Made by a program: the position numbers and the translations under genes. From a virus, in UHGV virus genome UHGV-0290768: 55,056 nucleotides of DNA; one strand, 5' to 3'. Below are positions 19,290 through 28,904 of the stretch, one piece after another (within the stretch, counting starts at the first letter, position 1; each line of letters begins with the position of its first letter). The notes beneath the pieces are model-generated. The model was not told the origin of the DNA, ran no database searches, and was given only the letters and a program-made list of their open reading frames with translations.

Positions 19290-20045
19290 TCAGCTCCTGA
19301 TTAATGAAGTGCCGGGGAACCCGCCAAACGGCAGTTCACTATTCTCACCATGACGTAATTTACAGGCCGTGAGCGTGCCGTTGCAGACATCCTGCGACGG
19401 GTCATCAACTGGCTGATTGTTCCTGTCAAAATACCGGGTGCCGGCATAGTCGCACCCGTTACCGCTGCGGTACTGATTGCGGATACACCAGGTGCAAATC
19501 GCATGCAGCTGGCGAGTCGGGATCATCATCCCCTGCAGGGCAAACGGGCTGGAGAGAGTAAATTCCACCTTCTCATCGTCTTCATAATGCTTTACGTCAA
19601 TGAAGAAAAGGCGCCGTTTCTCCTGCGTCGGATCAGCTGAGGCATTCCCGTCCGGAAAGTTCTTCGCATCGAGATACTGTTTTTGCGTGTCGTGGATGAC
19701 AACCCGCGCCAGAGCCAGATCGTCGTAATGAAGACAGAGCGCGGATATCTTCCCGTCGATGTTCCCTACCCGCAGCGTTGGCTGCGCGTCACTGCCCGTG
19801 GTGGAGGACTCGATCCCTTCGATTTCACATGGCCAGGCTTTATACTCCCGCCCCTGCCACCAGATGCTTTTCGCCGGCAGCTTATCCAGGTCGCCGCCAG
19901 CGGCGAGGATTTCGGCTGTAGTATGGGGAACGTTATAGCCGTGGAAATACAAAACCTCATCCAGGCCAAACGCCTGGCCATCGATCTCCAGGAGACGAAC
20001 CTCATCGCCTGGCTCTAACTTCTGATAATTCGCGTTAAGGCTCAT
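19290..20045 (-). CDS. L: Minor tail protein L
   Basis: Lambda L-like sequence with the C-terminal cysteine cluster (CTWC...C...C). Position between M and K. Confidence 0.85.
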   Translation of the reverse strand: MSLNANYQKLEPGDEVRLLEIDGQAFGLDEVLYFHGYNVPHTTAEILAAGGDLDKLPAKSIWWQGREYKAWPCEIEGIESSTTGSDAQPTLRVGNIDGKISALCLHYDDLALARVVIHDTQKQYLDAKNFPDGNASADPTQEKRRLFFIDVKHYEDDEKVEFTLSSPFALQGMMIPTRQLHAICTWCIRNQYRSGNGCDYAGTRYFDRNNQPVDDPSQDVCNGTLTACKLRHGENSELPFGGFPGTSLIRS

Positions 20046-20383
20046 GGTTTAAATGCCTGAATAAAAGTGGCTGAAAGTGAGTAATTTCCGCCGCCCAGCG
20101 GCACCGGTTTGTATTGTTCGCAGCGGTAAAGCCCCACCTCTTCCAGAGGCGGGGTCCACTGAAACGCGCGGGTGCCGGCATGACGGTCGAAGAACTGCTT
20201 AATCGGACGGATATAGTCCTCCGTACCGACAAAACTCAGCTCCCAATCCTGTGATCGGGTGTTAATACCATCGCCGGATACCTGCGCATACCCGTCACCG
20301 AACTGCGCCTTCCGGACACGAAAGTTAACGGTCTGCTGGGGATTAACCCGCGGACTCCAGGTGAATATCTCAATAGCCATCAA
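20042..20383 (-). CDS. M: Minor tail protein M
   Basis: 113 aa. RKAQFGDGYAQ... motif as in lambda M (VRFGDGYSQ). 4-nt overlaps with the tape measure and L genes. Confidence 0.8.
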   Translation of the reverse strand: MMAIEIFTWSPRVNPQQTVNFRVRKAQFGDGYAQVSGDGINTRSQDWELSFVGTEDYIRPIKQFFDRHAGTRAFQWTPPLEEVGLYRCEQYKPVPLGGGNYSLSATFIQAFKP

Positions 20384-23300
20384 CGTTGCCCTTTAACTGC
20401 ATTCCAGACCATCCCGCCAGGGCGCATATCCTGCGCCATCAGCTCCCTGTATTTTTTCTCCACAAACGAGCCGATCTGCTGGCCAAACTGCTCAAAACCA
20501 GACGGCGCCTGCGTTGAGGTGTTTCCGCCTTCAATCGTGATATAGACTTTTGGCCCTTCCGACGCGCCGGCGTTCTGAACACCACCGACAGCGCGTACAC
20601 CCAGCGAACCATCGCCGGCACGCGTCAGTGGCATGATGGCCTCCGGCCCGGCCTCGCCAAATACGCCGGCCCCTTTTGCGAAAGCGAAGAACTGCGGAGA
20701 GTCGTAGACCTGGTTGCTGTATGCGCTCAGCGACGGCGAGTCGTAAACGCCGCCTTTGGCGTTGAACTGGAAGTTACTGGCGGCATTCTGGATCGCCGTC
20801 CCCGAGCCTGCGCCCGCAGCGCCCGTGACAACGCTGGTCCCGACGCCCACCACGCCCATAATGGTTTGCATGACGGAACTGGTGACCAGCGCCTGAGCGG
20901 CCATATCAACGAGGTTTTTTATGATCGACTGCGTGAGCGAGGAAAACAGGTCAGCCATGTTCTCCTTAAAGCTTCTCGTCCGCGTCAGCATGCTCGTCAG
21001 GAAGTTGCTTGAGCGCTCATGGGCCGTTTCAAATAACCCGACGGCCAGGCTCTGGAATTCTCCCTGTGATCGGTATAACTCCAGTGACGTCTGATACTGC
21101 GCATCGGCGGATTCTTTCGTCGCCTTCTGCATCAGCATTTCGTACTGTTCTTTGCTGATCGCGCTGCCCTGGTAGTACGCCTGCAGCAATGCCTGCCGCT
21201 GCGCAAGCTGATTGCGCAGCGAGACCAGTGGATCAACTTCGCCGGCGATATCCAGTGCCGGCGCAGCGATTTCATCGGCATGCGCCTGCAGCAGCTCTTT
21301 CGCAGTATCTCTGGCCAGCGTTATTCGTGCGGCCTGGTACTCTTTTTCATCAAGAAGGCGGGCTTTGAAAAGCTCAGCCAGGTCCCGGCTGGCTTCCTGC
21401 TCTTTTCGCAGAGTTTCCTGGGCGGGGGAATACTGCGCGGCCAGATCCAGTCGCTGTTTCTGGTAATTCTCTGCGTTCATTAACAGCGCGCGCTGCAGGT
21501 CAGCATCACTGGCGCCATTTTTCTTCGCCGCTTCCTGCAGCTCCCTGTTACTGTCCTTTTCCTGCAGGTTAATTCTGGCCAGGCTGGACGCATGGGCTTC
21601 TTCAATTTGCTGCCGCAGCGTTTTGAACTGGTCGACCTTGGACTTACTGCCTTTCCCCGTGCCGGTACCGCCATCGCCGCCCCAGGGATTTCCATCTCCG
21701 GTCTCTTTGGGGGGCGTGCTTAACGCCCCTTTCAGATCGTCCGTAAGGGAGGTTATTTTTCCCGATAAACCCAGCTGAGCCAGTGTTTTTGCATCACTGA
21801 CACGCTTAATGTTTTCCTCGGTTTTGCGGAGTCCCTCGTTAACGCTATCGAGATCCGCCCGTGCACGCGCCTGGCCTTTTGTCACCCCTTCCAGCTGGCC
21901 GAAGGGGTCAAACCCTTTCAGGCTGTCGATACGACTGTCGGCATCCTGAATCTCTTTCATCAGCTGGTTACGCTGCACGACCTGGTTTTCGTACTGATCC
22001 TCCAGGTCGAACTGCTTCACATTTAGCTGGTTAAGCGAGAGGCGCATCAGCGCTTCACTGGTTTCGACTACGGCATCTTTTAAATCAATGGCTGACTGCC
22101 TGGCCTCCTTTGCTTTCTCATGAAAGTAAAGGAGGCCCGAACCGGCCAGCATCGCGGCGCCGAACGGACCACCGATTAAATTTAATGCACCTCTTGCCAG
22201 CCCCACCGCAACGGAGGCCGCGCGGGCTGATATCGACAATTGCCGGTTTGCCGCCGCCAGTTTCAGTTTCGCCTGGCTGGCCAGATTGGTTTGTTCAGTT
22301 TCCTGTCGGATGAGGCGGGTAAACTCATCCTGGTAACTGATATTCATCCCGTACTGTTTAGCCGTCCGCTCCATCTGCCGGTAGTGGCCAAACTCAGCGT
22401 CGTTCTGTTTCAGGATGGCAGCTGTCGAATCCAGAGTTTTGCGGGCAATATCCGCATCAGCCTGCGCCCGCGCTTTTACCGCCGCCTGGCTTTCCCGCCA
22501 GGCCGCGATATTCTCCCGCAGCCCTGCAGTCAGTTTCGTGGATAACACGGGGATCAGGCTGTAAAGCGCCACGCTGGAGACGGTGTTGAAATTGTCTGCC
22601 AGGCTGTTCAGTGCCTCCGTGGCAACCTGAATCCCGCTGCGGAGTGGCCCGTTACTGCTCTGGCCGATCTTAATGACCATCCCTTCAAACGCACTGCTCA
22701 GCCCCAGCAAATCGCCGTTCAGGTTGTTAACCCTGATGGATGCCTGCTCATGCGCCGTTTTGGTACCGGTCAGGGAAGCGGTCAGCTCATCAAGCTTTGA
22801 ACGGTTCTGGACCAGGATAGACGCCGCATTCAGGTTCTCCACGCCAAACAGTTTTACGGCCTGGGCCGTGGATAGATTTTTCCCGGAAAGAGTGGTCAGC
22901 GCCTGGCTGAGACCAACCACGGATGGCTTGAGGCTCTTGTCTGTGCCCTTTTCCAGGTTCAGGATGACGTTACGCAGCGCCGTGCCGGCTTCACCGCCTT
23001 TAATTTCACGCTCTGCCAGCACCTGAATCGCGGCATTCAGCTGCTCAAAACCAACGCCGGCCTGTGCGGCTGCAACGCCACCATTTTTAATGGCGGCCGC
23101 TGTATCCACAATCTCCGACGACCCGTACTTCGCGCCGGCGGCCAGCACGTTGATATAACGATCCGCTTCCTGCGCGCTCGCCCCGTACTGGTTTAAGGAG
23201 AGCGCCAGCGTTCTGGTCGCATCGGGCAGCGTTGTGCCGGCGGCCTGCGCCAGGATAAGCGCGCTGTTCGTAGCCTTCTGCAGTCCATCGGACGTTTTTA

Positions 23301-23715
23301 AAAGCTCCGGTTTAGCCGACGCCATCAGCTTTAACGCTTCGGCGGCCTGGCTGGCGCTGTACTCTGTCGTGCGCCCCATTTCCTGCGCAGCCAGATCCAG
23401 CGCTTTCATTTCAGCTGCAGTCGCACCGGTGATGGCCTGCAGATCTGATAACGCCTGTCCATATTGTCTGGACGTGGTGACGATCGTACCGATGGAAAGG
23501 CCGGCTCCTGCCAGCCCCGCCAGCCGGCTGGCCATCCCGGATATCGACAGACCGACCTTCTTATAGGCGTCTTCCGTCTTTTTCGCGTCCGCCTGGGCAT
23601 TACGGTTAAACCGTCGTGACTGGTTCTCCGCATCGCCATACGCTCCCAGCAGCTGGGATTTAAAACTGGCTGCGTTCAGGTGCAGCCCGACCGCTAAAGA
23701 TGCGACGTCTGCCAT
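20380..23715 (-). CDS. H: Tail tape measure protein (lambda H-like)
   Basis: ~1110 aa Ala/Gln-rich helical protein downstream of G/GT. The start is taken as ATG GCA GAC (MADVAS), which overlaps the GT stop. An upstream in-frame ATG at 23745 is the alternative. Confidence 0.85.
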   Translation of the reverse strand: MADVASLAVGLHLNAASFKSQLLGAYGDAENQSRRFNRNAQADAKKTEDAYKKVGLSISGMASRLAGLAGAGLSIGTIVTTSRQYGQALSDLQAITGATAAEMKALDLAAQEMGRTTEYSASQAAEALKLMASAKPELLKTSDGLQKATNSALILAQAAGTTLPDATRTLALSLNQYGASAQEADRYINVLAAGAKYGSSEIVDTAAAIKNGGVAAAQAGVGFEQLNAAIQVLAEREIKGGEAGTALRNVILNLEKGTDKSLKPSVVGLSQALTTLSGKNLSTAQAVKLFGVENLNAASILVQNRSKLDELTASLTGTKTAHEQASIRVNNLNGDLLGLSSAFEGMVIKIGQSSNGPLRSGIQVATEALNSLADNFNTVSSVALYSLIPVLSTKLTAGLRENIAAWRESQAAVKARAQADADIARKTLDSTAAILKQNDAEFGHYRQMERTAKQYGMNISYQDEFTRLIRQETEQTNLASQAKLKLAAANRQLSISARAASVAVGLARGALNLIGGPFGAAMLAGSGLLYFHEKAKEARQSAIDLKDAVVETSEALMRLSLNQLNVKQFDLEDQYENQVVQRNQLMKEIQDADSRIDSLKGFDPFGQLEGVTKGQARARADLDSVNEGLRKTEENIKRVSDAKTLAQLGLSGKITSLTDDLKGALSTPPKETGDGNPWGGDGGTGTGKGSKSKVDQFKTLRQQIEEAHASSLARINLQEKDSNRELQEAAKKNGASDADLQRALLMNAENYQKQRLDLAAQYSPAQETLRKEQEASRDLAELFKARLLDEKEYQAARITLARDTAKELLQAHADEIAAPALDIAGEVDPLVSLRNQLAQRQALLQAYYQGSAISKEQYEMLMQKATKESADAQYQTSLELYRSQGEFQSLAVGLFETAHERSSNFLTSMLTRTRSFKENMADLFSSLTQSIIKNLVDMAAQALVTSSVMQTIMGVVGVGTSVVTGAAGAGSGTAIQNAASNFQFNAKGGVYDSPSLSAYSNQVYDSPQFFAFAKGAGVFGEAGPEAIMPLTRAGDGSLGVRAVGGVQNAGASEGPKVYITIEGGNTSTQAPSGFEQFGQQIGSFVEKKYRELMAQDMRPGGMVWNAVKGQR

Positions 23716-24313
23716 TACATTAATGCCCTCATGACTGCCGCGCATTCATCATCGACCCGGGATGGCGCAGGTGTGGTTTCGGTTGGTGGCGCGTTTTCAT
23801 CGCCAGGACGGCGGAAAGTGCCCTGTTTCAGGAAGTAGGCTCGCCAGTGGTACAGAGTGTTTGCCGGCAACGCGGCAATTTTGGATGGGTCAGGCTCGCC
23901 CCAGCGGTCGGCCAGCCAGAAAATCAGCTCCAGCCAGGGCGAGTCACTCAGTTTTTTTCCGCTTCCTCCAGCTTGCCGATTGCGTGTTGCTTCACTTTTT
24001 CCACTGCGGCCAGCAGTTCGGGGTTTTCATGGGCCTTCAGCAGCTCGGCTGCCGTGGGTTTAAACTCATCCGGAATGGCCGTTCCATCCGGCTGAACCAG
24101 TGCATCGATGACGATCTGGATGACTTGCTCCGATGCCTCGCGCGCTGCGCCAGCTTTTGCGGTTTCAGCCATTTTCTCTTCGTAGCTGATGAGGTAATCC
24201 CCGGTCAGGCGGCGGATGAATACGGTGGCGCCAAACAACTCGGTTTTAATGACGGTTGGCTCCGATTTAAGCAACGCGGATTTCAGCGTGGACAGGTAAT
24301 CTTTATATTTCAC
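23715..24313 (-). CDS. GT: Tail assembly chaperone G-T fusion made by a programmed -1 ribosomal frameshift
   Basis: Slippery heptamer A_AAA_AAC (plus-strand complement at 23951-23957) sits 1 codon before the G stop. The -1 frame stays open for ~78 codons (LSDSPWLELIFWLADRWGEPDPSKIAALP...AAVMRALM*) and stops exactly at the tape measure ATG. Confidence 0.6.
23948..24313 (-). CDS. G: Tail assembly chaperone G
   Basis: 121-aa acidic protein between the major tail and tape measure genes. Ends ...LEEAEKN* just after a slippery heptamer. Confidence 0.6.
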   Translation of the reverse strand: MKYKDYLSTLKSALLKSEPTVIKTELFGATVFIRRLTGDYLISYEEKMAETAKAGAAREASEQVIQIVIDALVQPDGTAIPDEFKPTAAELLKAHENPELLAAVEKVKQHAIGKLEEAEKN

Positions 24314-24370
24314 AGGTAGTCCTTAAAAATAAAAAGCCACCCGAAGGTGGCTGTTTACAGGTTAAGTTAA

Positions 24371-24832
24371 TCAGGCGCCGCCGGAGACAGCGACGGTTCC
24401 CCAGGTGATCTTGTTCTGCTTACCCTGAACAGTGATCTGGATGACCTCATTCGCCGGAGCGGCGATTTCATTCATCTGCCAGCCGGACAGCGCCAGGAGC
24501 ATCGTCGCTGTTCGCTTGTTGGGTAATTCGACGTATAACTGGATGGTCTTGCGGGCCTCTGCTGCATTCAGCAGCGCGGCAAAATCGGTATTGCCCGGAT
24601 CATCAATGAAGCCCAGCGACTTTTCAGGCCCGTCAGGCAGATCGCTGATGGACTGTTTCTGCTTATCCAGTAACGTGGTGCAGTCGACAAAGCCCCCCGT
24701 CTGCCCCATTGCACCCAGCGCTTTACAGTTAATCAGCGGTTTCAGCGCTGACGTGGCAGCGCCAGGCTCCCCGTATTTCACAATGGTGCCCGCCGGCAAC
24801 ATCGCATATTCAGGCGAAGTTTTATCAGCCAT
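24371..24832 (-). CDS. Major tail protein
   Basis: ~153 aa. Position immediately upstream of G. Resembles the phi13/TP901-type major tail family (MADKTSPEYAMLPAGTIVKYG...). The track ORF extends to 24877 from an earlier ATG. Confidence 0.6.
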   Translation of the reverse strand: MADKTSPEYAMLPAGTIVKYGEPGAATSALKPLINCKALGAMGQTGGFVDCTTLLDKQKQSISDLPDGPEKSLGFIDDPGNTDFAALLNAAEARKTIQLYVELPNKRTATMLLALSGWQMNEIAAPANEVIQITVQGKQNKITWGTVAVSGGA

Positions 24833-24863
24833 GTTTCTCTCTCTTTTTATACGGCAGCGGATG

Positions 24864-25265
24864 CTACCTGTTTTCAATGCCGTTTCGGATTTCCACGGTT
24901 AACACGCGCAAAACGGTCTGGAGGTTGTAATCCAGGGCGGGTCGGATAAAGGGGTCTGCAACCTGTTTAACCGTGCCAAGCTCCTGCGCCAGCGCCTTCA
25001 TATGGTGTTGCTTGCTGGGGCCAACACGGAGCGTTACAACCGCGTTCCCTTTACCCTTGCGGGTGGAAGAGCGGATTTTGATTGAGTCCCGCATGTGCGG
25101 CCCGGCAGACGTTTCGTCAAAGCCGGCATGCTGCTTCATATCTTCCTCGACGACCTTTAGCGCTTCGCGCCCGGCATCCCGCAATACCTTCGTCGCCACT
25201 TTTTCGCCCAGGGCCATTAACTGCCGCTCCAGCTCATCCAGCCCTTTAACTTCCATTCGGATCAC
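24864..25265 (-). CDS. Tail completion / HK97 gp10-family protein
   Basis: 133 aa. Position and sequence character (MIRMEVKGLDELERQLMALGEKV...) typical of the HK97 gp10 family. Confidence 0.5.
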   Translation of the reverse strand: MIRMEVKGLDELERQLMALGEKVATKVLRDAGREALKVVEEDMKQHAGFDETSAGPHMRDSIKIRSSTRKGKGNAVVTLRVGPSKQHHMKALAQELGTVKQVADPFIRPALDYNLQTVLRVLTVEIRNGIENR

Positions 25266-25653
25266 GAGGAGTCCTCCACGTAGTGAATGATGAAATCGCG
25301 GGTCAGGCGATACTGAATGCGACGATTCGTCAGCTGGTTTTTATCCTGATGGATACCGCCTCGCTCCACATACTGAACCGGGATGCCCTCCAGCTGGCCA
25401 TGAACGACTGACTTCAGTTCCGCCCAGATTTTTTTATCCAGCTGCAGCAGTGAGGTGTAATTATCGAGAAGGTACAGGTTCACCTGGATACGGGCAGAGA
25501 CGATCCCCGTTCGCAGCATTCCCGAGACCATCTCCGGGTCAGAGATACGCTGAAAGGTCGCTCCTTCCTGGACCGTGTCCGGCAGTAAAAGCGGATACGC
25601 ATTCATGCCGGTGATGCGCTCCAGCGTACCCTTAATCGCCAGCTCTATCATGC
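25262..25653 (-). CDS. Head-tail joining protein, probably truncated relative to the track ORF
   Basis: The track ORF 25262..25936 has a long Arg/Trp-rich N-terminal extension that overlaps the upstream gene. The internal start MIELAIKG at 25653 gives a ~130-aa protein of typical size. Confidence 0.45.
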
Positions 25654-25970
25654 CGCCCGTCAGCCTCCCCCGTGATAATGATCCGGTCTGTTTTGCGGTC
25701 GATATTCCGGACGGTATAAACCAGATTTTTCGTCGTGATTTTCCAGTCAATATCAACCAGCACGCCCGGATAGACCGTAAACAGGCAGGTTTCCACCACC
25801 TGCTGCTGATCCAGCGTGCGGACTTTTCGCCCCGATACCAGCTCCCGTTTTGCCCACGCTTTTCCCGATTCAACCTGCTTTTCCGGGAGCGGTTCGCCCA
25901 GCGGCCCACGACCGGACTGAACGTAGCTAATTGCAATGCGACAGTTCATATCACCCGGTTTCAGGCTCAT
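25632..25970 (-). CDS. Head closure / head-tail adaptor protein
   Basis: ~112 aa from MSLKPGDMNCRIAI... Position between the gp6-like connector and tail completion genes. Confidence 0.5.
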   Translation of the reverse strand: MSLKPGDMNCRIAISYVQSGRGPLGEPLPEKQVESGKAWAKRELVSGRKVRTLDQQQVVETCLFTVYPGVLVDIDWKITTKNLVYTVRNIDRKTDRIIITGEADGRHDRAGD

Positions 25971-26284
25971 AGCGTATGCTCCTGCAGGGGGAAAAGAAGA
26001 TGCCTCACCGCAGCGGTTTCCAGCCACTGTCCGGTATGGCCATTCAGATACGCATCGCTGACCAGAAACTGAATAGCCAGCCGGATATCTTCATCCGCGA
26101 TAAATCCGCGGACGGTCTCCGGGAGCGCCTGCAGCTCTTCATCACTGGTGACCAGCTTGCAGTAGTAATCACGCTCGATGCTCCGCTGCGCGGCGTTCAC
26201 CATTTGCGTGAGCATGGCATCATGCTCCGTGAAGTCCAGTTCCAGGCGTAGCTGGGTTTTCACATCATCCAATGTCAGTATCAA
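25967..26284 (-). CDS. Head-tail connector (gp6-like)
   Basis: MILTLDDVKTQLRLELDFTEHDAMLTQMV... is characteristic of the gp6 head-tail connector family. Confidence 0.55.
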   Translation of the reverse strand: MILTLDDVKTQLRLELDFTEHDAMLTQMVNAAQRSIERDYYCKLVTSDEELQALPETVRGFIADEDIRLAIQFLVSDAYLNGHTGQWLETAAVRHLLFPLQEHTL

Positions 26285-26525
26285 AATCGCTGTCTCCCGG
26301 CTTCGGTTTCAGCGCACGTTCGGCATCCTCCGGCCATACCGCGATACGCCGCTTAACCAGTTCTTCGGCGCGCGTTCCTTCAAAGCACGCGATATCTCCA
26401 CGGGAATAACGGTGGTGCGGCCCAAGGAACACAACGGATTTACGCTCTGCCTGTGCGACCACGGTCGCATGGTTGTCCTGTGCGACCGTTTCTTCCGGCT
26501 CCACTGCTTTATTTTTCGCAGCCAT
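26265..26525 (-). CDS. Hypothetical small head-module protein
   Basis: Start MAAKNKAVEPEE with an AGGAG SD. Lies between the capsid and connector genes. Confidence 0.4.
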   Translation of the reverse strand: MAAKNKAVEPEETVAQDNHATVVAQAERKSVVFLGPHHRYSRGDIACFEGTRAEELVKRRIAVWPEDAERALKPKPGDSDFDTDIG

Positions 26526-26583
26526 AACATTCTCCTGAAAGGGAAAAGCCCGCATATGCGGGCCTTATTTACTGAGGGATGGG

Positions 26584-27870
26584 TTAGAACAGGACGCCGG
26601 TACCCAGCACCAGGCCTTCCGGATGACGGAAGCCAATATCATGCTCAGTAACAACGCGGATTAGCGACTGGTTACGGGAAAACGCAGATACCAGGGTGCC
26701 ATCGGCATCGATATAAGAGGCTTCCTTCGAGAAGTCGACTTTCATATTGCCGTCTTCAGCGATAACCACATCATTGAAGTCAGCAAAGTAAATCTCAGTC
26801 TCCTTACCCCCGGTCCCCAGATTCGCAGGGATCGCGCTGGTACGCTGAACCGGATATCCTTTAAGTAATCCCTGAGCCATTTCCGGATAGACTTTGTTGC
26901 CGTTGCCGTCACGCAGCCCAAACAACTTCATATAGGTACGGTTCGACATGCCCCAGCCGCTGCTGATCATGTTGCTGTTGCCGTCCATCGCCATCAAAAT
27001 GATCTTGTCCAGGTACTCGTCAACCGTATTCAGGTTGATCGCTGCATCAGCTTCCCACGGCAGCAGGCGGTTCCACTGAGTCGCGCGCGCCTTCATACCA
27101 ATCGGTGTATCGCCGGTACCGTCATCGCGCATAAAGGCTTTATCCTCACGCACTGAGATGGCGGTCAGAATATCCTGCAGGACCAACTGCTCGACGTTGA
27201 ATCCGGCGCGGCCAATCAGTGCATTGGAAATAGGCACCATCGCAATCAGAGTTTTCGCCGTCAGTTTTACATCATCAAAGCGTGTTTCTGATGTCTTGGC
27301 GTCTTTGTTTTCTCCTGTGTAGCTTGCCGTTGCTCCACCGGCCACGCGTGGTAGCGTCATATTACCGTTAGGCAGCGGAACGGGACGGGCACCCAGCTTG
27401 CGGACGATGGTTCGGTCGCTCAGTAGCTCGATCACCTCACTGTGGAGGTTCTGCGGAATAAGCACACCCCCGGACGCCGCTGCGGTGGAAATGGCCATCG
27501 ATACGGACTGGTCATTCAGCTCTTCTGAAGCGAATTTTGCCGCGTCCTGCAGATTCCCTGCGCCTGCGGCGACAGACATAACCAGTCGGGTCATGCCAGC
27601 ACCGGTGTACTGTTTCGGCTCCTGCTTAACAATAATGCCGGGGGCCTGCTGAGTCGCTTTCACGGGTTTTGCGACCAGCGCCGCAGCACGTTCGGCGGCT
27701 TCCAGGCGTTCAATTTTGGCGCTGATATCAGTGAACTGCTGCTGCAGGTTCGCAAACTCCGTCAGCTGCTCCGCAGTCAGCGTGCTGCCGCTGGCGTCAA
27801 TGGTTGCCAGGGCCTGAACCTGTTCGTTGATACCCGCACGCTGACGACGCAATTCTTCAATATGTGGCAT
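26584..27870 (-). CDS. Major capsid protein, HK97 fold, with an N-terminal delta/scaffold domain
   Basis: 428 aa. N-terminal coiled-coil (EELRRQRAGINEQVQAL...). HK97-family core follows (…DFSKEASYIDADGTLVSAFSRNQSLIRVVTEHDIGFRHPEGLV). Confidence 0.85.
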   Translation of the reverse strand: MPHIEELRRQRAGINEQVQALATIDASGSTLTAEQLTEFANLQQQFTDISAKIERLEAAERAAALVAKPVKATQQAPGIIVKQEPKQYTGAGMTRLVMSVAAGAGNLQDAAKFASEELNDQSVSMAISTAAASGGVLIPQNLHSEVIELLSDRTIVRKLGARPVPLPNGNMTLPRVAGGATASYTGENKDAKTSETRFDDVKLTAKTLIAMVPISNALIGRAGFNVEQLVLQDILTAISVREDKAFMRDDGTGDTPIGMKARATQWNRLLPWEADAAINLNTVDEYLDKIILMAMDGNSNMISSGWGMSNRTYMKLFGLRDGNGNKVYPEMAQGLLKGYPVQRTSAIPANLGTGGKETEIYFADFNDVVIAEDGNMKVDFSKEASYIDADGTLVSAFSRNQSLIRVVTEHDIGFRHPEGLVLGTGVLF

Positions 27871-27947
27871 TTTATTTCTCTCTTTTTAGACATAAAAAAA
27901 GCAGCCTGCTGGCTGCTTAAGGTGACGCGGTTTATGTTTGCGCCGGG

Positions 27948-28868
27948 TTACATTTTGGTTTGCAGATCCATCGCGGCTGCCTGCATCTGAATGGAGGTTT
28001 TTTGACGGGGTTGCTGATACTTTGCCGCGATAGCATTGATCGCCGCCTGGGGGTCAGAGACTTCATCCGCCAGGCCGGCGGACACAGCGCCAGGGCCAAA
28101 ATACAGCCCCGCCTGCGTATCAATGACGGCCTGCTGATTCAGGCCGCGATATTCGGCCACCGACCCCGTAAACGTCTCGTACATTTCGTCGATCATGCCC
28201 TGGAACATACCCAGCGACTCTTCACTCAGTGGTTCATGTTGGGTGCCGTTATTTTTGTTATCTCCCCGGTAAATGGTGGTGAACGTCAGCCCCATTTTTT
28301 CTTCCATCTTCGACGTATCGAGGTGCTCCATGATCACACCAATCGACCCCACGCCACTGGTCTGGCTGACGATGATTTTGCTGCAGGCCGATGCGATGAA
28401 ATACGCGGCGGAATACGCGCTGTAGTTCACAATCGCCGTGATGGGTTTCGTGTCGCGAGACTGATAAATGTAATCGGCCAGCTCCTTACACCCCACCGCT
28501 GCGCCGCCGCCGGAGTTAATATCCAGAACGATTTCGCTGATTGAGGGGTCGTTTAATGCCGCCTGCAGCTGCCCGCGGATCCGCTCGTAGCTGGTCAGCT
28601 CGGAGCACATCGCCGTAATCTGCCCCCGGCGTGGAACAAGAATGCCGTGAACGGGGATCACTGCCACCCCGCCGGTGGGCTGAACCTGCTCAGCTGCAGG
28701 TGATTTACCCGGATTCAGCGCCATCTGAATGACGGCATCTTCGGTGATCCCCTGAATACGGGGGATGAGCACCGCTTTCACGGAGTCCATTGTTTGCCGC
28801 GTCACGTAATGCGGCACGCCAAAGACCATATCTGCCAGGTGCGGCAGGTTAATTAATTTCGTTGTCAT
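27948..28868 (-). CDS. Prohead protease, S49 (SppA/ClpP-like) family
   Basis: Motifs LDINSGGGAAVG and AYSAAYFIASAC (Ser nucleophile) typical of S49. Located between portal and capsid. Confidence 0.8.
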   Translation of the reverse strand: MTTKLINLPHLADMVFGVPHYVTRQTMDSVKAVLIPRIQGITEDAVIQMALNPGKSPAAEQVQPTGGVAVIPVHGILVPRRGQITAMCSELTSYERIRGQLQAALNDPSISEIVLDINSGGGAAVGCKELADYIYQSRDTKPITAIVNYSAYSAAYFIASACSKIIVSQTSGVGSIGVIMEHLDTSKMEEKMGLTFTTIYRGDNKNNGTQHEPLSEESLGMFQGMIDEMYETFTGSVAEYRGLNQQAVIDTQAGLYFGPGAVSAGLADEVSDPQAAINAIAAKYQQPRQKTSIQMQAAAMDLQTKM

Positions 28869-28904
28869 GTTGTCTTCCAGGTCATCCCGCGCGGCGGGAA
28901 ATAA

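Noticed and set aside
23762-24319. 185-aa plus-strand ORF
   Set aside because: Antisense to the G/GT chaperone genes, and has no SD.
25262-25936. 224-aa track ORF with a long N-terminal extension
   Set aside because: The first ~95 residues overlap the upstream head gene in another frame and are Arg/Trp/Ser-rich nonsense-like sequence. The start was moved to Met96.
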